Shown here in pieces: positions 25,449 to 38,670 of a stretch of DNA of 64,000 nt. Where the stretch lies: positions 1,458,753 through 1,522,752 of the forward strand of contig NMRA01000028.1 of NCBI GenBank assembly GCA_002633005.1, given 5' to 3'. Each line of letters starts with the position of its first letter. The first letter of the stretch is position 1. Made by a program: the position numbers and the translations under genes. The notes below the pieces were generated by a model, which was not told where the DNA came from, ran no database searches, and saw nothing but the letters and a program-made list of their open reading frames with translations. The stretch is from Phoronis australis (taxonomy: Eukaryota > Animalia > Phoronida).

Positions 25449-25704
25449 AAAAGTAAAATGAGCTGGTACTAAAATATATTAAAATATTCCCCATGTTTCT
25501 AGGGGTACACTCTTTATCAAGGGCATGAAACAGACTGTCGAATAGATAAGGATAGATGTGTAAAAGAGCACAGATGATGGCATAGTGATACAGGTTCATC
25601 TGTGCTACTTTATGTATCTATCTATTTGGCAGTGGGTGTCATGCACTCGAAACATGGGGAATATTTGAATAGATTTTAGTACCCACCCTCGTCGTTTTAC
25701 TTTT
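25449..25704. mobile_element. About 256-bp fold-back/palindromic MITE
   Basis: Arms AAAAGTAAAA..GTACTAAAAT..AATATTCCCCATGTTTC...AGCACAGATGA and TCATCTGTGCT...GAAACATGGGGAATATT..ATTTTAGTAC..TTTTACTTTT. Confidence 0.75.
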
Positions 25705-28700
25705 ACTAAATATCAATGTACATGTAGGATCTGTAATTACCGGTCAGTTTCTCACTGGACATGTGTTGTAAATGTTATTATCATTCAATTCCGGACCTGT
25801 TTTAGCACCATGTTTTGACCAAAATTGTTTAAAACACAAGTAGTTGTTATGATTGTTATTTTATGGCCTTGTTGTTGGTAGCTTCTTCATGTAAATGTTT
25901 GTGTGTTTCACAAAAAACAAGCACTCTGTTTAAAAAAACATTAGGTTATATTTAGGTCTGTTTCCAAACTATATTTTCTCTAGTTGCCTGGTAACATATT
26001 TTTCCTCTACACTTTGTAATACTAAGTCAGACGTGGTTTTCATCCACTTGCTATTAGGAGGTATATTCCCTCAAAAGTGTTTACAAATCTGATGGTGCTC
26101 AACTTGTGTATTTTACTAGACCATGTTTTAGTACCCAGTGCTTTAGAGCACTTGTTAAACAGACTTCAAATTATACTGTATTCGTGGTAACCCTATGTTG
26201 TTTTGTTTTGTTTCTTGCCAAGACTTGGTTAATGAATCGGGTAACGTCTTACCCAAGAAAGGATGGTGTGGACCCCTTGAGGAGATAGAATTCATTGTGT
26301 CAGTATATGGAATCCCGAATGGCACTCTGGGTGAAATATTAGTCAGGTAGTACTTTGGTAATACTGCCACGCCCTGCCTCAGTTGTCACTTCTTTGCACC
26401 ACCGCTGAATTAGCTTTGGAGAGAAACACCTTCTTACGGTGTATTATTCTAAGGAATGGGCTGAAACCTGTATTGTGTCACATAACAGTTTGATTGTGAA
26501 CTCGTTAGTGTTACTGTAGATGCGCGTACACTCCGAGCTGCGCCTATTTATACGCGGAAATCGGGTGCTTGCGGCCATTTGAGTAAAACCGTGCTTGCTT
26601 GAAAGTGGCGCTCTGGATATGGGCGCATCTGATTCATTTTTTGATTTTTTAGCCGTCGTGGAATGTAGCAAGTGGGCTGGCATAACATACGCCTGGAGAT
26701 ACGAAACACTGGAGTGATGAGTTTTCTTTGAAAAAAACGCATTACTTAGGTTATAGGCGCATATGTGGTAGGTTATCATGGGCAGGGTGGCAGCGCCCCT
26801 CCCCCCCCTCTGGAATTTGGGTGGAAGCGGGTGACCGGGAGGGTATGTGCTCCCAATAATTTGTATGGCTGAGAGTTAACCTTCGTTGCGAACGGTAAAG
26901 GTGTAGAAGGAGTAGAGAGACAGCGAAACGTGTAGAAGAGAGAAAACCGAGAGGTTTGTCAACTACCAGTTTAATATGCTTTGGTGACCCTGGCCAGAAC
27001 AATTCTGTTAGGGATCGAGACCCAGATTAATGAAAAAATACTGTATGGATCGGTCGTCTGCGATCGCTTGAAAACATGCTCTTATTTATACTTACTCCAA
27101 AAACGTATGGTTAAATTTGTGTGCAGATTTTCCAGAGCGAATTGATTGAATTTTATAAAATGCAAAACTATTTCTTCAGGAACCGCTTTTTAGCTGGACA
27201 TAATTGAGTCATCTGCAGCTCGACCGTTTTCCTTTTTCTTGGCACTATGTCATTTCATACAAGTCCAGCTCTTGAACGGGTCCCGCTGGTGGCCTCGTGG
27301 TAAACCTTTTGTTTTTTAGTCTCCTCTCAAGGACGGGACTCTAATGAAAAAATCAATTGCCTTTTCTTTAGTTTTTGGGAAACCGTTCATGTTAAGAGGG
27401 TGACTCGCTGACCATTCCCTCGTGGTAGAATCATTGCCACAGTGACTGTTTTTTAATGATATTAACACTGGAGTGTTTTGGCAGCATGACTTTATGGACC
27501 TTCTTCAGAAAGAGTCCCTTCTTGGAAAAGCAGCCGCGGCAATTTTCCTATATTGTACCCTATAAATCAGAAACTGTCAACAATTCACGAGAGGAAATAG
27601 AGAATTAACGCGATTTGGTAATGAAACCCACATAGAAGCACATATGAAGCATCAAGAAATGTGGCCAAAAATGTGAGACAGTCATGCGCGCACCCAGGGG
27701 GGCAGGGACTCGGGGGTCCGCCTCAGAGAAACAAAACGCCCGAGAAAACGAGACAAAAGTTCACTAACATGCTATAAACATTCCCACTAAATAAGATTGG
27801 CCCAAACGCCGCCTATCAGGGTAAAAGGTGGTGTTTGGCCGATTGAACTAGACCGTATTTATCCACCTTGGCTGAGTCGCGCTCGGGTCACATCAATGGG
27901 ATCCCGCCAAGATGCTCTATTCATCGAGTCACGAGCGAAGATAATTGGCTTCGCTCATGCGGATATGATCAGCTGATTACAATCTAGCGTAGCAAACTGT
28001 ACTTTTTATGGAGAGGGTTTTACGTAGTTTTTACTGTAATATTTGAAAAGAGGGCGGGAGCGAAAACAAATATGAGTACAACTTTGAATTTTTCAAATCG
28101 GCCCAGAATAAGAGATTTTGCAACACAGCAACACTCACGACTACTTTCATTTGGCTCGCACGAATACAAAAATATAGGACCCAAGTTATTTAGATTTTGG
28201 AACTCATGCATTGCAATATTCAAAATACGTTTATTGTGAATCTTACAAGTTGCATAACGACGTTGTTTAATTTCATTGTACTCATTCATTGTCATCCGTC
28301 AAATCGGAAATTTCCGAGATGTGATCAGCGGCGTGCGCGTATATGTACAAAACACGTGATTGTTAAGTTCCTGAAGTACGAAAATTAAGAAACTTTAGGA
28401 TGCCGTTAAATTATTGACACGATAAAACGAATTTGGATTTTGGCTGTTGTCTTTATACAGCGAGATGGCTGATCACTGCGTCAGTGTCTCCGTTAGACCC
28501 AGAAATTTCACACAGCCCGGGTAGTTCACCTCGTCACCTCGCCCCCAACATGTAGATCGAGCCTTGGACTATTACACCCGATTTCATAACGGTGGTTTAA
28601 AGTTAAACCTGGTTTAAACTGGACTTAGACCAGGCTTAAAGATAATTTGCATTTCATAAAGGTAGCTTAACTTTTAGACCAGTGGTCTAGTAAAACCTGG

Positions 28701-28957
28701 TTTAACTCCAATTTAGACCTGGTCTAAGTCAGTTTCATTTCAACAACGAAGTCTATATTCTTTAGATCTGTATTAACATCTTAAACCAGGTTTAACTTTA
28801 GACTTGGTCAGACCTAGGTTTATCTGTTAAATATGACAGACTTGCATGATATAGGTGCAACTGAATGAGGTCGCGGTGTGCATTTACGACGCAGTTTTAG
28901 AGTGAAAATGGATTATTTTCAATATTCAGTTTTACGACGACACAAGATCAAACGTAG

Positions 28958-29115
28958 CAGGGGCGGATCCACGACTTTCAAAGGGAGGGCCAGGGTCGGT
29001 CAAGGACATTTTAAAAGGGGGGTCCAAGTCAACAATTTGAAAATTATAGATTTGATCTCACTAAAATCAAGCAAAAAGGGAGTCTGGACCCCTTGACCCC
29101 TTGGATCCGCCTTTG
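28958..29115. mobile_element. 158-bp hAT-like MITE, 5-bp TSD
   Basis: CAGGGGCGGATCCA...TGGATCCGCCTTTG; flanks CGTAG/TGTAG. Confidence 0.75.
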
Positions 29116-29318
29116 TGTAGACCAGTTCGTGCTGGATAGAGTCCTGCGATTCTTCAGAATACGACTGGTCGAGCAGGACGTCATCGTCATAAGCGCTACG
29201 GGTTTGACTGAAGACAGCATTTTCTGATTCTTCTGAGTTCCACCTCCATTGGTCTCCGATTTAATGTTACCGGGAAGGGGTCTTGCCCCCCCCTTGGCCG
29301 CGAAAAATAAACACTAAA

Positions 29319-29611
29319 ATGGCAAGGAAATAAATTTGGACATTTATGATATTACGGCTAATCGTGAGCATGTACTTTAATGTGTGTATACGTGTGTTGG
29401 TCACACACATTACATTTTTCCTAATGTGAAAAGCTTTTACACCTTTTTCGCAAACGTCTGCACTNATGGCACGGAAATAAATTTGGACATTTATGATAAT
29501 ACGGGTAATCGTGAGCATGTACTTTAATGTGTGTATACGTGTGTTGGTCACACACATTACATTTTTCCTCATGAGAAAAGCTTTTACACCTGTTTCGCAA
29601 ATGTCTGCACT
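29319..29611. repeat. 146-bp direct duplication flanking N at 29465; probable haplotype overlap
   Basis: 29319-29464 vs 29466-29611, about 7 substitutions, junction exactly at the N. Confidence 0.88.
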
Positions 29612-29877
29612 GATTCTACTAGTGTGTGCCATTGTATACCCACGTGATCAAGGTTTCATTGAAGCACTTCAATAGTTTCTTTGTTGGGTTAATCCAGATC
29701 GACACAGCAGGTTGGCTTAGATACTTTAAACCTGGTTTTACTAAACCGGCTCCCTGGTCTAACAAAACCAGGCTTTCAGACTTTTGGCACGTTGGTTAAA
29801 TGCAAATTGGGTCTAAAATTAGACCAGGTGTAGGAAGACCAGGTTTAAGTCTTAAACCTGGTTTTGTTAAACCACCA

Positions 29878-32401
29878 CAGTGGCGAATCTATGTTTTTAG
29901 TAAGGGGGGCGGGGTTAGGATTCCCGCAAACGTCGAATCCGAGGCGTGTGGCGCCGAGCGGGGAGGGGAGGTCGGGATGGGGGTTTACACATGAACTTGG
30001 CTGATAAGTTTCGTGAAACCATATTTGTGCACATCTGGGTATAAGTCACATCACCAGCAAAATTTTTTGTTGGAGCATCTGCTTACACACACCTTTTTAG
30101 CATACGAAAAAGTGTGGTGTGTATACAGGGGCTTAGACAACTACCAAATATTGAAGAGCATAAGGAGCATCGACGGGGCGTAAAAACTTGAATATCAGAT
30201 GATCGCAACAGCCTCAAGTTGTTTAAGAATGAAGACCTGTACTGTTAGTCCGGAAATAAACATGTGTTCTGTCTCGTTATGAGAAAAATTGGCGAACGGT
30301 GGTGCTCTCAGCAATTAAGTATCACTTTATTAAGCTGAATCATGTTGACAACAATTGAAAAACGTCAAATGTATCAGGAAACAAATCATCTGAAAACAGT
30401 TTCACGAAACCGTGGCGAAAAGATATTCAGGAGCAGTTCGCAGAGGGACCAGATGTACACTGAGAGTACACAAAAACTCTGGCCTGGCCCGTCACGAGAC
30501 CAAAAGTACACCTGTGCTCATTATCCCTATAAAAATAGTCGATCTGTCGCGGGACCAAACAATACTGGCTGAGATAAATAGTTTTACAAAGCACACTTTG
30601 GTAAAAAACATCACAAGACTAGTTCGCCGAGAGACCAGAAGTACACTGAAACTCGATATTTACACAAATCAAGCTGGCCTGGTCCGTCGCGAGACCTAAA
30701 GCGTACTTTGCAAAAAAAATTGAATTGAAAACTTCTCTCTAGACACTTTTTAATACCTAGTGGTAGCTCATACGTGTAGTTTACACTTCTGGTGGTCAAC
30801 TGTTGCGAGAGGTTGTCTAGGAAGGGTTTTCGCACCGTTCTGTAGTACTCACTGGAAGAAACAAGTATTGAGTACAGATTTAACTACGCACTACGTGAAA
30901 TAAGATTTTGGATATGAAACAGATAGACTCAAGTCGAAATACAAGCCAGAATCAGTTTCTGTGCGCTCGTAGACCCTTTGCTGTACTGGGTAAATTTGGC
31001 ATGTCCAAAAATAATTTCTATTTCGTTTTTATTGTACACAAGCATAAAAAACATTATTACAAACTGTGTATAATTATAACTTATTACCTGGGTGTTTCTC
31101 CGGGAACGTTGGTCCTATCTTTCTGTTGTCTAGACTGCCGAGGAATGTGTACATCAGATCCAATGGTTTGCTGCTCTTGGAACCATTCTACCCAGACATC
31201 TTGGACGTCGCTTGCACTTCGTCAACTGCTGTGTCAATGAGCTTGTACGCCTCTACATTGTCAACATCTCGTTTCGCAGCTCAGTTGGCACTAAGCCCCC
31301 TGAGATAACCAAGTCCATTCAAAAGAGTTACAGCGTGCGCACTAAATTCGATCCGTTCATCATGGACTACTTCAAACCTTGACGATGTATCCCAGGACCC
31401 ATTTGCATCTCTTGCAATTTTCGAAATTAACGTCCCAATGTCTGAACGCTTGAAACGTGAAGTACTAACATCAAAAAAATGCCGATGGGCATGGGCGTTT
31501 CTTCGGGTGGGCCTTTCTGCGGAAATCCCCAGTATAGAAAACGGCAGTGGTGCTTATTGCAGGTAGAAAGTCGGTAGGTGTTGAGGTCAGCACTAGGGCT
31601 CCTTAGGAGGCCCGTTGAACATCGCACGACTCCCGCAAGACTTTGTTGTGAAAATACAGCCTCCCCGCAAATTCTGGTACTGTACACTGTTCGCGAACGC
31701 GGTCACTTTGTCAATGTGAGTGCCCCCTTGGTCATTCCTTTTGTATAGACATAACTTGTTAGAGTGCATCTTCAAAAACAGATTCGCGACCAGACCACGG
31801 CGCAGGCCACAATAGCAATTCTTCCGAAAACGAGTTTTTTTTTCAAGTTTTACATGTACACTGTATGATATCGCGTAAGACAACTTTACTATACATCAGT
31901 CAAATTCGAGTTACAAACGTGTGGGGTGTAATAGGATGACATGGCATGACAGATGAGGTAAAAAAGGTTGCACGTCAATTCGCCTGAATACCAGGATTGC
32001 GGCACCACAGTATTTCCCCTAATCAAATCAAAACATATCTTAGAGTAAAGAAACTAGTTACCTAAAGAAATCAGCTATAGGGCTTCTCTTTCAGCGGTGG
32101 ATCCATCTAAAATTCAGAAGTGTCGTCGGAAGCGCGCGTACAATTGATCTCCGGGGTTTTGCCGACGAGCCACGAAGACTCGAAACGCGTTGATTTTCAT
32201 AACAGCAATTCACAATGCAAAAAAAAAATAAAGTGAACCCCCTCGTTTTTTTCCAAGTTGGTTTTCTTGGGGTTTACACACGCTAGCGATGCCGTTTTTG
32301 TTTTGCTGGAGACGTTTTTGTTGTTTTTTTTTTCTAATTTTTGGGTCCTGACCCGAGGGGGGGCTTAAACCCCCTGAACCCCTCCCGTAGATCCGCCACT
32401 G
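29878..32401 (-). mobile_element. hAT-type element derivative with transposase remnant
   Basis: CAGTGGCGAATCTA...TAGATCCGCCACTG termini (an alternative left end CAGCGGTGGATCC at 32092 makes pairing ambiguous); irregular internal GAGACCA..GTACAC repeats at 30435-30705. Confidence 0.55.
31088..31420 (-). pseudogene. Frameshifted hAT transposase fragment (P52rIPK/THAP12/ZMYM1-like clade)
   Basis: Minus-strand translation pieces LLNGLGYLRGLSA, KRDVDNVEAYKLID and WVEWFQ...IPRQSRQQKDRTNVPGETP, resembling the recalled 'PRxxxRQxHRxNVPxxTPEEYYRR' signature; ends at a GT donor. Confidence 0.7.
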
Positions 32402-32676
32402 CCAGGTCTGCTAATTCTCAACCTCTCTTTTCAAAAGTTGCGGGGGTAGATGTTTCTGCTTAACCCCTTTTTCGAAATTTGGCTTATTGGAACCCGTGCG
32501 GGTTCCGCAAACTTGCTGACACACCTGCGGGCATCTTGTCAATATGAGTGACCCCCGGGCTCGGTCGTCTAGACGGTCAGTTCATTCAAGTACTGGAATC
32601 ACGTCTCCTAACTGCAGTGAAGTGATATAAATGAACACTCCGTTTATATGAGGGAAGGGGGTTTTGACACGCTATG

Positions 32677-32932
32677 CATGCGCGCACCCATCCTAAAAAT
32701 GGGGTACTCGAATTTTTGAGAATGTGGACATTTTACTAAGATTCACGGGGTACGTTCAGAGCTATAAATATTGCATTCGAATTTTGGTAGTTCTTCAGTG
32801 TTTTGAGTTTTTAGTAGGCCTAGATTTTTGTTTCGTTCTACTTTTTCGGATCTCTGAGGCGGACCTTTTGCCCACTTCGCTTAATGGGGAGGGGGTCGTT
32901 TGAGACGCCGAGCTCCCCTGGGTGCGTGCATG
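32677..32932. mobile_element. 256-bp MITE (CATG termini)
   Basis: TIR CATGCGCGCACCCA...TGGGTGCGTGCATG; a related left end at about 27683. Confidence 0.7.
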
Positions 32933-33095
32933 CTAGATCTCGATCGAGCTAGCTCAGTCACGCAACAATGGGTACCCGCGGTGTTTACCACAACTCCTGC
33001 ATGATCACTACGGGCTTATGTGCAGGGTTTTACGGTAAGCGCAACAATGACTAAATGTGTAGCGCCCTCTTATGTGATTAGAAAAAGTTAGGATC

Positions 33096-33194
33096 ATGGC
33101 GAATGTTTCGGCTTTTGAGTTTAAAGAACAAGGCAATCGCTGTTTCTCTACTAGGAAATATGCTGACGCTGCTGCCTATTATTCCAAGGCAATA
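33096..33194 (+). CDS. STUB1: CHIP exon 1 (TPR1)
   Basis: [33 protein letters not shown]|gtgagt. Confidence 0.92.
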
Positions 33195-36100
33195 GTGAGT
33201 ATCATGTGCAGGTAGAGTGATCGAATTATGATATAAAAGGAACGAAGCTAAGTGATGTGAGAGTCACGACTCGCTCGGAATTAGGGACCGCCAAAACATG
33301 CATTACAACATGTCAGCTGGTCACCTCATGTGTACTGAATATTGACAAACTATAACAGTGAAAAGGTTCAAAATAGACACCAGTGCCAAATAAACAAGTG
33401 GCTTGACAAACAGACAAGTAGTTTGCTAAACAGGCAAGTTATTCGTCAAATAAACTGGTCAAGAATGCTATGGTTTTCCAAACAGACAAGTCACCGTGGC
33501 GGATCTAGGATATCACATGGGGGGCCCAACATTTTGTGTGTAAACATTTGCTCCAAGCACGATTGTGGATGCGCATAGCACCGAATGGGGGGAGGTCGGG
33601 AGGGGGGGTTGCTAGTGACCCACTATTCAACTGCTGTGTTTTACTTTTAGCACGTCAGCGTCATAAGAGCAACGTGTAAATAAAATCATTCTAAAAAATC
33701 TAAATGAATAATCTTTGAGTTAATTATGATGTAGTTGCAATTATTAGCATAGTCTTTTAAGGTAGCGTTCTCTGAAATTTCAGACAGTATAGTTTGCAGG
33801 TATTACTGTACTTAAACATTGATGTTGAAAACCTTTTTAGTTAGATATATTCAGATGGATAAGTACAGGTTTGCATGATACATCTTCAATTATAACATAA
33901 GCCCCTGGAAAGCTTTAAGTAAATAATTTGAAGATGATGTTTGTAATTCTTCTGTTCTCGGAATGCTTTCATGTTTGTTTATTGTGTGTGTCTTCTTAAT
34001 TTCCAGGTAAAAAATCCTCAAGTAGCTACATTCTTCACCAATAGAGCGCTCTGTCATCTTAAACTTAAACAATGGACACATGCTTTGCAAGACTGCAAAC
34101 AGGCTTTGGAACTTGATAAAAATCTGGTGAAAGGACATTTCTTTTATGGCCAAGCCCTGTTAGAGTTAGAAATGTTTGACGAAGCAATTGCTTCCTTGAC
34201 AAAAGGTAGGTTCAAACTGAAGAAAGAAAATTTTGCTGTTGGTTCATATGTGAAATTGCATTCGGTTTTACCACATGCTGGATTTTTGATTTAGGGTATG
34301 ATACAAGTACACATTCCAACTGCTGCAAATAATTTGAAGTATTAAAGTCATGTATTGCCATGCGTATTTTATAAAAGTTATGTGTACAGTAATTCTTATG
34401 CTTTATTGTCTGTGTGTACCATATTACAGCCCACAATCTCACCAAAGATCAAAGACTTAACTTTGGCGATGAAATAACAGGTGCCTTGAGAAATGCAAAG
34501 AAAAGGCGTTTTGCTCTTGCTGAGGAAAAGAGACTTCAAGAAGAAATTACTTTGCAAACTTATTTGTTGGAGCTAATTGACAATGAAAGGCATAGGTAAG
34601 TCAAATTGTGGGATTTTGTTTTTAGCATTTGAAGTGTGTGATTGGTTGTTAACTCTTTGTGTTTGTGAGATACCAGTTACTGAAGCTTATAACAAGTATG
34701 TCCTTTACCGCGATCTTTAATTATCCAGTGTTTCATTGGATGGTTTAGCCTGAAAGCACAGTTGGTTCTAACCTACAAACATATGAGCATTATTAAAATT
34801 GCTATGAGCCCACACTTACGCTTGATTTTGATCACAAACTGGTCAAAGCTTGTCTCACCTTGTGTCACATTAGAAATTCAGTAGATCTGAGAGTTTGTTA
34901 TTCCTCAAGACCAGTTTCGACATCTTGGCTTAGTCTGGTATGTCATTTTATGTACCAAGTGCATAACTGCCGTTCATTCTGCCATCCATATTGCTTTTGA
35001 CGCATAAAATGACTAGATTGGTCAAGTCACTTTTTGAGCTGGGTTTTGAGCGATAAGAACCTTCGACATTTCACGAGCCCAGAAATGTAAATAGGGAACA
35101 AATTGGTAATTACTATAAACAATTTAAACAAGAAATTGGTCTTATGAGAGAGAGCGGGCTCATAGTAGCTTTACACATTTGTTTCTTTAATACAACTCTT
35201 ATTATCTTATTAACGACGACATGACGATAGTTATAATTTTCCGTCTATGTGAAATTATCCGTAGATGGAAAATTGTTAGTAACTTTTGTTGTGTCATCTT
35301 TAACGAGAGTCATATTATAGAGGACATTCTGCTGAATTATACTGAATTAGTTTCTTTCAGTAAAATGTGATGCATTATCTGTTTCAGACAGACTATGGAG
35401 GTGCAGGAGTTAACTGGTGATAACAGCTGTCAGTCTGAAATTGACAAAATAGAAAAAGAGCATGTATGTCGTTACTTAATAATTGTGCCTCGTTAAAATC
35501 TAAATGGAAAGTACATTTCAAAATTGTTCATTCAGAAAACTCCATGACCTGCTTATGCTATTTTATTAAATGTACATTTCAAATTGACATGGTGACCTTC
35601 TAACCCCAGGGTCACATTGTTCCCACACAGAACACTCCCATGCTCTCTGGACTTGTTGTTATTTCCCATTTAGTTCACTTTTGATTTTAACATGTTTCCT
35701 CGTTCTTGTTAGGCCAAAAAAGCATACTTAATTTTGGTGTGTGTTCACTCCTGAAATGATTTTTTGAACAGACAGACTAACACATGCAAGCTATTTTTTG
35801 GCCCTTCATTGACTAAAAATAGATTATGATCACTGGGCTTGGTGGTTGCTAGTTGTTTTCTTTGAAGTGTATTTTCATGTGTTAAACTGATTTTACATGT
35901 TATTCTATTGTGTTTTCAGGCTCAAAAGATAAATGAAGTTAAAAACATATTTAAGCTGGTTGATGACAAAAGAAAAATGAGGGATGTTCCTGATTATTTA
36001 TGTGGTAAAATAAGCTTTGAACTGTTACGAGACCCTGTGATCACGCCCAGTGGCATTACATATGACAGAAAGGATATTGAAGAACACTTACAAGTTAGTA

Positions 36101-38670
36101 TGTCAGATATTGTGATTGGGACATGGTGTGATATCTTGATGAAAGAGAACAAGAGATTCAGGGCCAGCTAAAAGTTGATAATTGTGTGGACACCGAATAA
36201 CCACATCCTGATTGCTGCTCTCCTGTTTTGAAGAGTTAGAAAAATGTTGTCTTGTTTGTATGATGCTGTTTAAGAAAGTCCAATGTTTCTGACCTGAGAT
36301 GGACATGAAGAGTGATATGTGGCGCCCCACCCTGGTTATCAGCTTTTTGTCGTAGCATTGCATCTCACTATGCAAATTCAAAACTTTACTAGCATCAGGG
36401 TGACAAATGTCAGGATAATTTTACAGAAAAATAGTGGTTAATACTGCAAACCAAGGTTTCCACTACTCTACATCAGATAAGCCATTTTCGCATATAGCAG
36501 GCAGTATAAATTAAAAAATAAATGAAATACGCCTTGCTCATAGGGGGCGATTGAGTAGTTGGTGGATGGCATTCAGCATTCATGAATGAGAATTTAACAC
36601 ACTGGGATTCCCAACATCTTTTTATAAATTCTTTGTGACTATCATGGTGTTGTATATTTGAATTATTCACACAAAATTATCCCACATATCAAAATGTTGA
36701 TGAATGAAAGAAGTTGTGTTTTCCCTCTGTCAATGTTAGTCTTCCTCATGCTTTAACATTTGAAACAAACAACGCATATTGTTACCTCTGTGAAAGTGAA
36801 GAATTCTACTGAGAAGGAGTCTCTTACCTGCTGTTGATTGGTTTAGCGAGACAAATATGATATTTGGCCAAACAAAAGTTTTAACTGCCCTGTCCTGTTC
36901 CCCTTCTATATGGTCAGTAGTCACCTAGTGCTTAGCTAGGAATGGGCAATTAACATGAATCTCAAAACATATATTGGTACACCATCGATAATGTTTGTGA
37001 TGTTTTACTGGTTACTTCTATGTCATGGCATCTCTTTGATGCAGTATCATTTGTGCCAGTCAAGGCCCGCGCTCTACTCTTTACTAGAAATCAAAATTAT
37101 TGTTAGCAATTTCCATGTTACTTAGGGCTGTTCCAGTAAAATCCGTGTGGGAGGGGGGGGACGGCAGTAGAAATAAAAATTTATGGGTGGTGGTCTTCAG
37201 AAAAAAACTCAAATTATGGGTGGTCGTTCCTGTAAGAAGTGATGCATTAAAAATGGGTGGTATTTTTTGACCTGTTAATGTCGTTAGGTTGGTTACTTCA
37301 GCCATAAAAACTCAAAAAGAAATGCAATTGTCCTAACTTATCCAAATACAAAAAAAAGCCCATATTGCCAGTGAACAGAGTGCAATATGTTCACTAAGCC
37401 ATTAATCAAGTCATGGGCAACTCGATTTGAGCCAACTGTTTGTCTGCAGTCCTATTGAATTGAAAAGTTATGCAACACTGAACTGGTGTTAACACATATA
37501 AGAAAATTGATGATTTTTAAATAAAAAGTATGAGGAGTAAGATAAACAAGTTCCAATATTCACTTGACATAGAAGTATAGAAGAGTTCGTGGAGACAGTT
37601 TGAGATTCATAGATCCTTATAAATGAAAAAATGTTCATTGAAATTATAGACACATGGTGAACAGAGACACCTGGTGGCTGCCAAAAGTATTGCTCACAGG
37701 CTACTTTAGTTTTTGACAATATTGGACAAGACAACTAGTTCTTGTCTGTCAGTCATCTAAGTTCTTAACAGGTCCTCCTGGAGGCAATTTGTTTGCAAGT
37801 GTTGGATTTTATATTTTAACCTATTAAAAATAATTAAAAAATTATGGGTCATGGGTTGGAGAAATAAATGAAAAATACGGGCGGTGGGTATGAAATAAAA
37901 GTGCCTTCCCCCCCCTCCCATACAGATTTTGCTGGAACAGCCCTTAGTATGAACTCAAGATGAGTGTCTGTAATTCTGTGCTGGACTATATTATGGTTTT
38001 TGTGCTTGATTACTCCAGCATTAAAGCTACAAATTCAAATCATCTGAAAATCTTGAGTTTTTACTCGAGTTTTTAGCTCAAGTTTAAGGGTCATCAAGTG
38101 CGAATTTGGACTCCACACTCGAATGATTTAGTAATCTGTGATATACTAAAGCTCAGAAGAAGAGGTAATTATCTTGACTTCATATTAAAAGACGACAAAA
38201 AATATCAAAAATATTTTTGAGTTCTATTTCGAGTAGAAAGATTAGATCCTGTGGCCTAGTCATCATGTTTCAAACACTTGCTTGGCATTTACGATTTATT
38301 GCAACATTGTGGTAGGTCTTGACCTTCATTAGAACTTATAGCATAGGTTGGTTTGGGTGAACTTCACGATTTTTTTTCTCTAATCAAATGAGTACTGTTG
38401 TCTAGTTGTTTTTGTACACCTTGCTTTAGGTGATACCATATGAAGTTAGTACATCTAAACACTATCACATTCCATATTGCGACTAAGTGACACGTCTTTC
38501 TACAATTATTTTGTTAAAGCAGCAGTTCACTGTTTTTGTTTCAGAGAGTTGGCCATTTTGATCCTGTCACCAGAAAAGAACTTGTTCAAGAACAATTGAT
38601 TCCAAATCTGTCGATGAAGGAAGTAGTGGAAGCCTTCCTTGAGGAGAACCCTTGGGCAGAAGGGTATTGA
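33096..38670 (+). CDS. STUB1: E3 ubiquitin-protein ligase CHIP, join(33096-33194,34007-34205,34430-34595,35388-35463,35920-36093,38545-38670), 279 aa
   Basis: TPR: FKEQGNR..KY..A...YSKAI|[20 protein letters not shown]...VKGHFFYGQ; [15 protein letters not shown]; U-box [36 protein letters not shown]|[10 protein letters not shown]...[19 protein letters not shown]; all introns GT-AG, 840 nt in frame. Confidence 0.97.
34007..34205 (+). CDS. STUB1: CHIP exon 2 (TPR2-3)
   Basis: ttccag|[15 protein letters not shown]...LTK G|gtagg. Confidence 0.95.
34430..34595 (+). CDS. STUB1: CHIP exon 3
   Basis: ttacag|..[15 protein letters not shown]...ERH AG|gtaag. Confidence 0.95.
35388..35463 (+). CDS. STUB1: CHIP exon 4 (helical linker)
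   Basis: gtttcag|..[25 protein letters not shown]|gtatgt; restores phase 2 to 0. Confidence 0.85.
35920..36093 (+). CDS. STUB1: CHIP exon 5 (U-box N-half)
   Basis: ttttcag|AQKINEV...IEEHLQ|gttagt. Confidence 0.96.
37125..37943. mobile_element. 819-bp MITE with TTA TSD (PIF/Harbinger- or Zator-like) in STUB1 intron 5
   Basis: TTA|GGGCTGTTCCAGTAAAATCCGTGTGGGAGGGGGGG...CCCCCCCTCCCATACAGATTTTGCTGGAACAGCCC|TTA. Confidence 0.88.
38545..38670 (+). CDS. STUB1: CHIP exon 6 (U-box C-half, stop)
   Basis: tttcag|[41 protein letters not shown]. Confidence 0.96.
   Translation, partial: RVGHFDPVTRKELVQEQLIPNLSMKEVVEAFLEENPWAEGY

Larger units (their letters stand above)
28575..29877. mobile_element. Harbinger-like MITE with palindromic AAACC(A/T)GGTTT sub-terminal repeats, carrying nested insertions
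   Basis: Both ends are dense in TAAACCTGGTTTA/AGACCAGG motifs; termini GATTTCATAAC / GTTTTGTTAAACC. Boundaries approximate. Confidence 0.55.
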
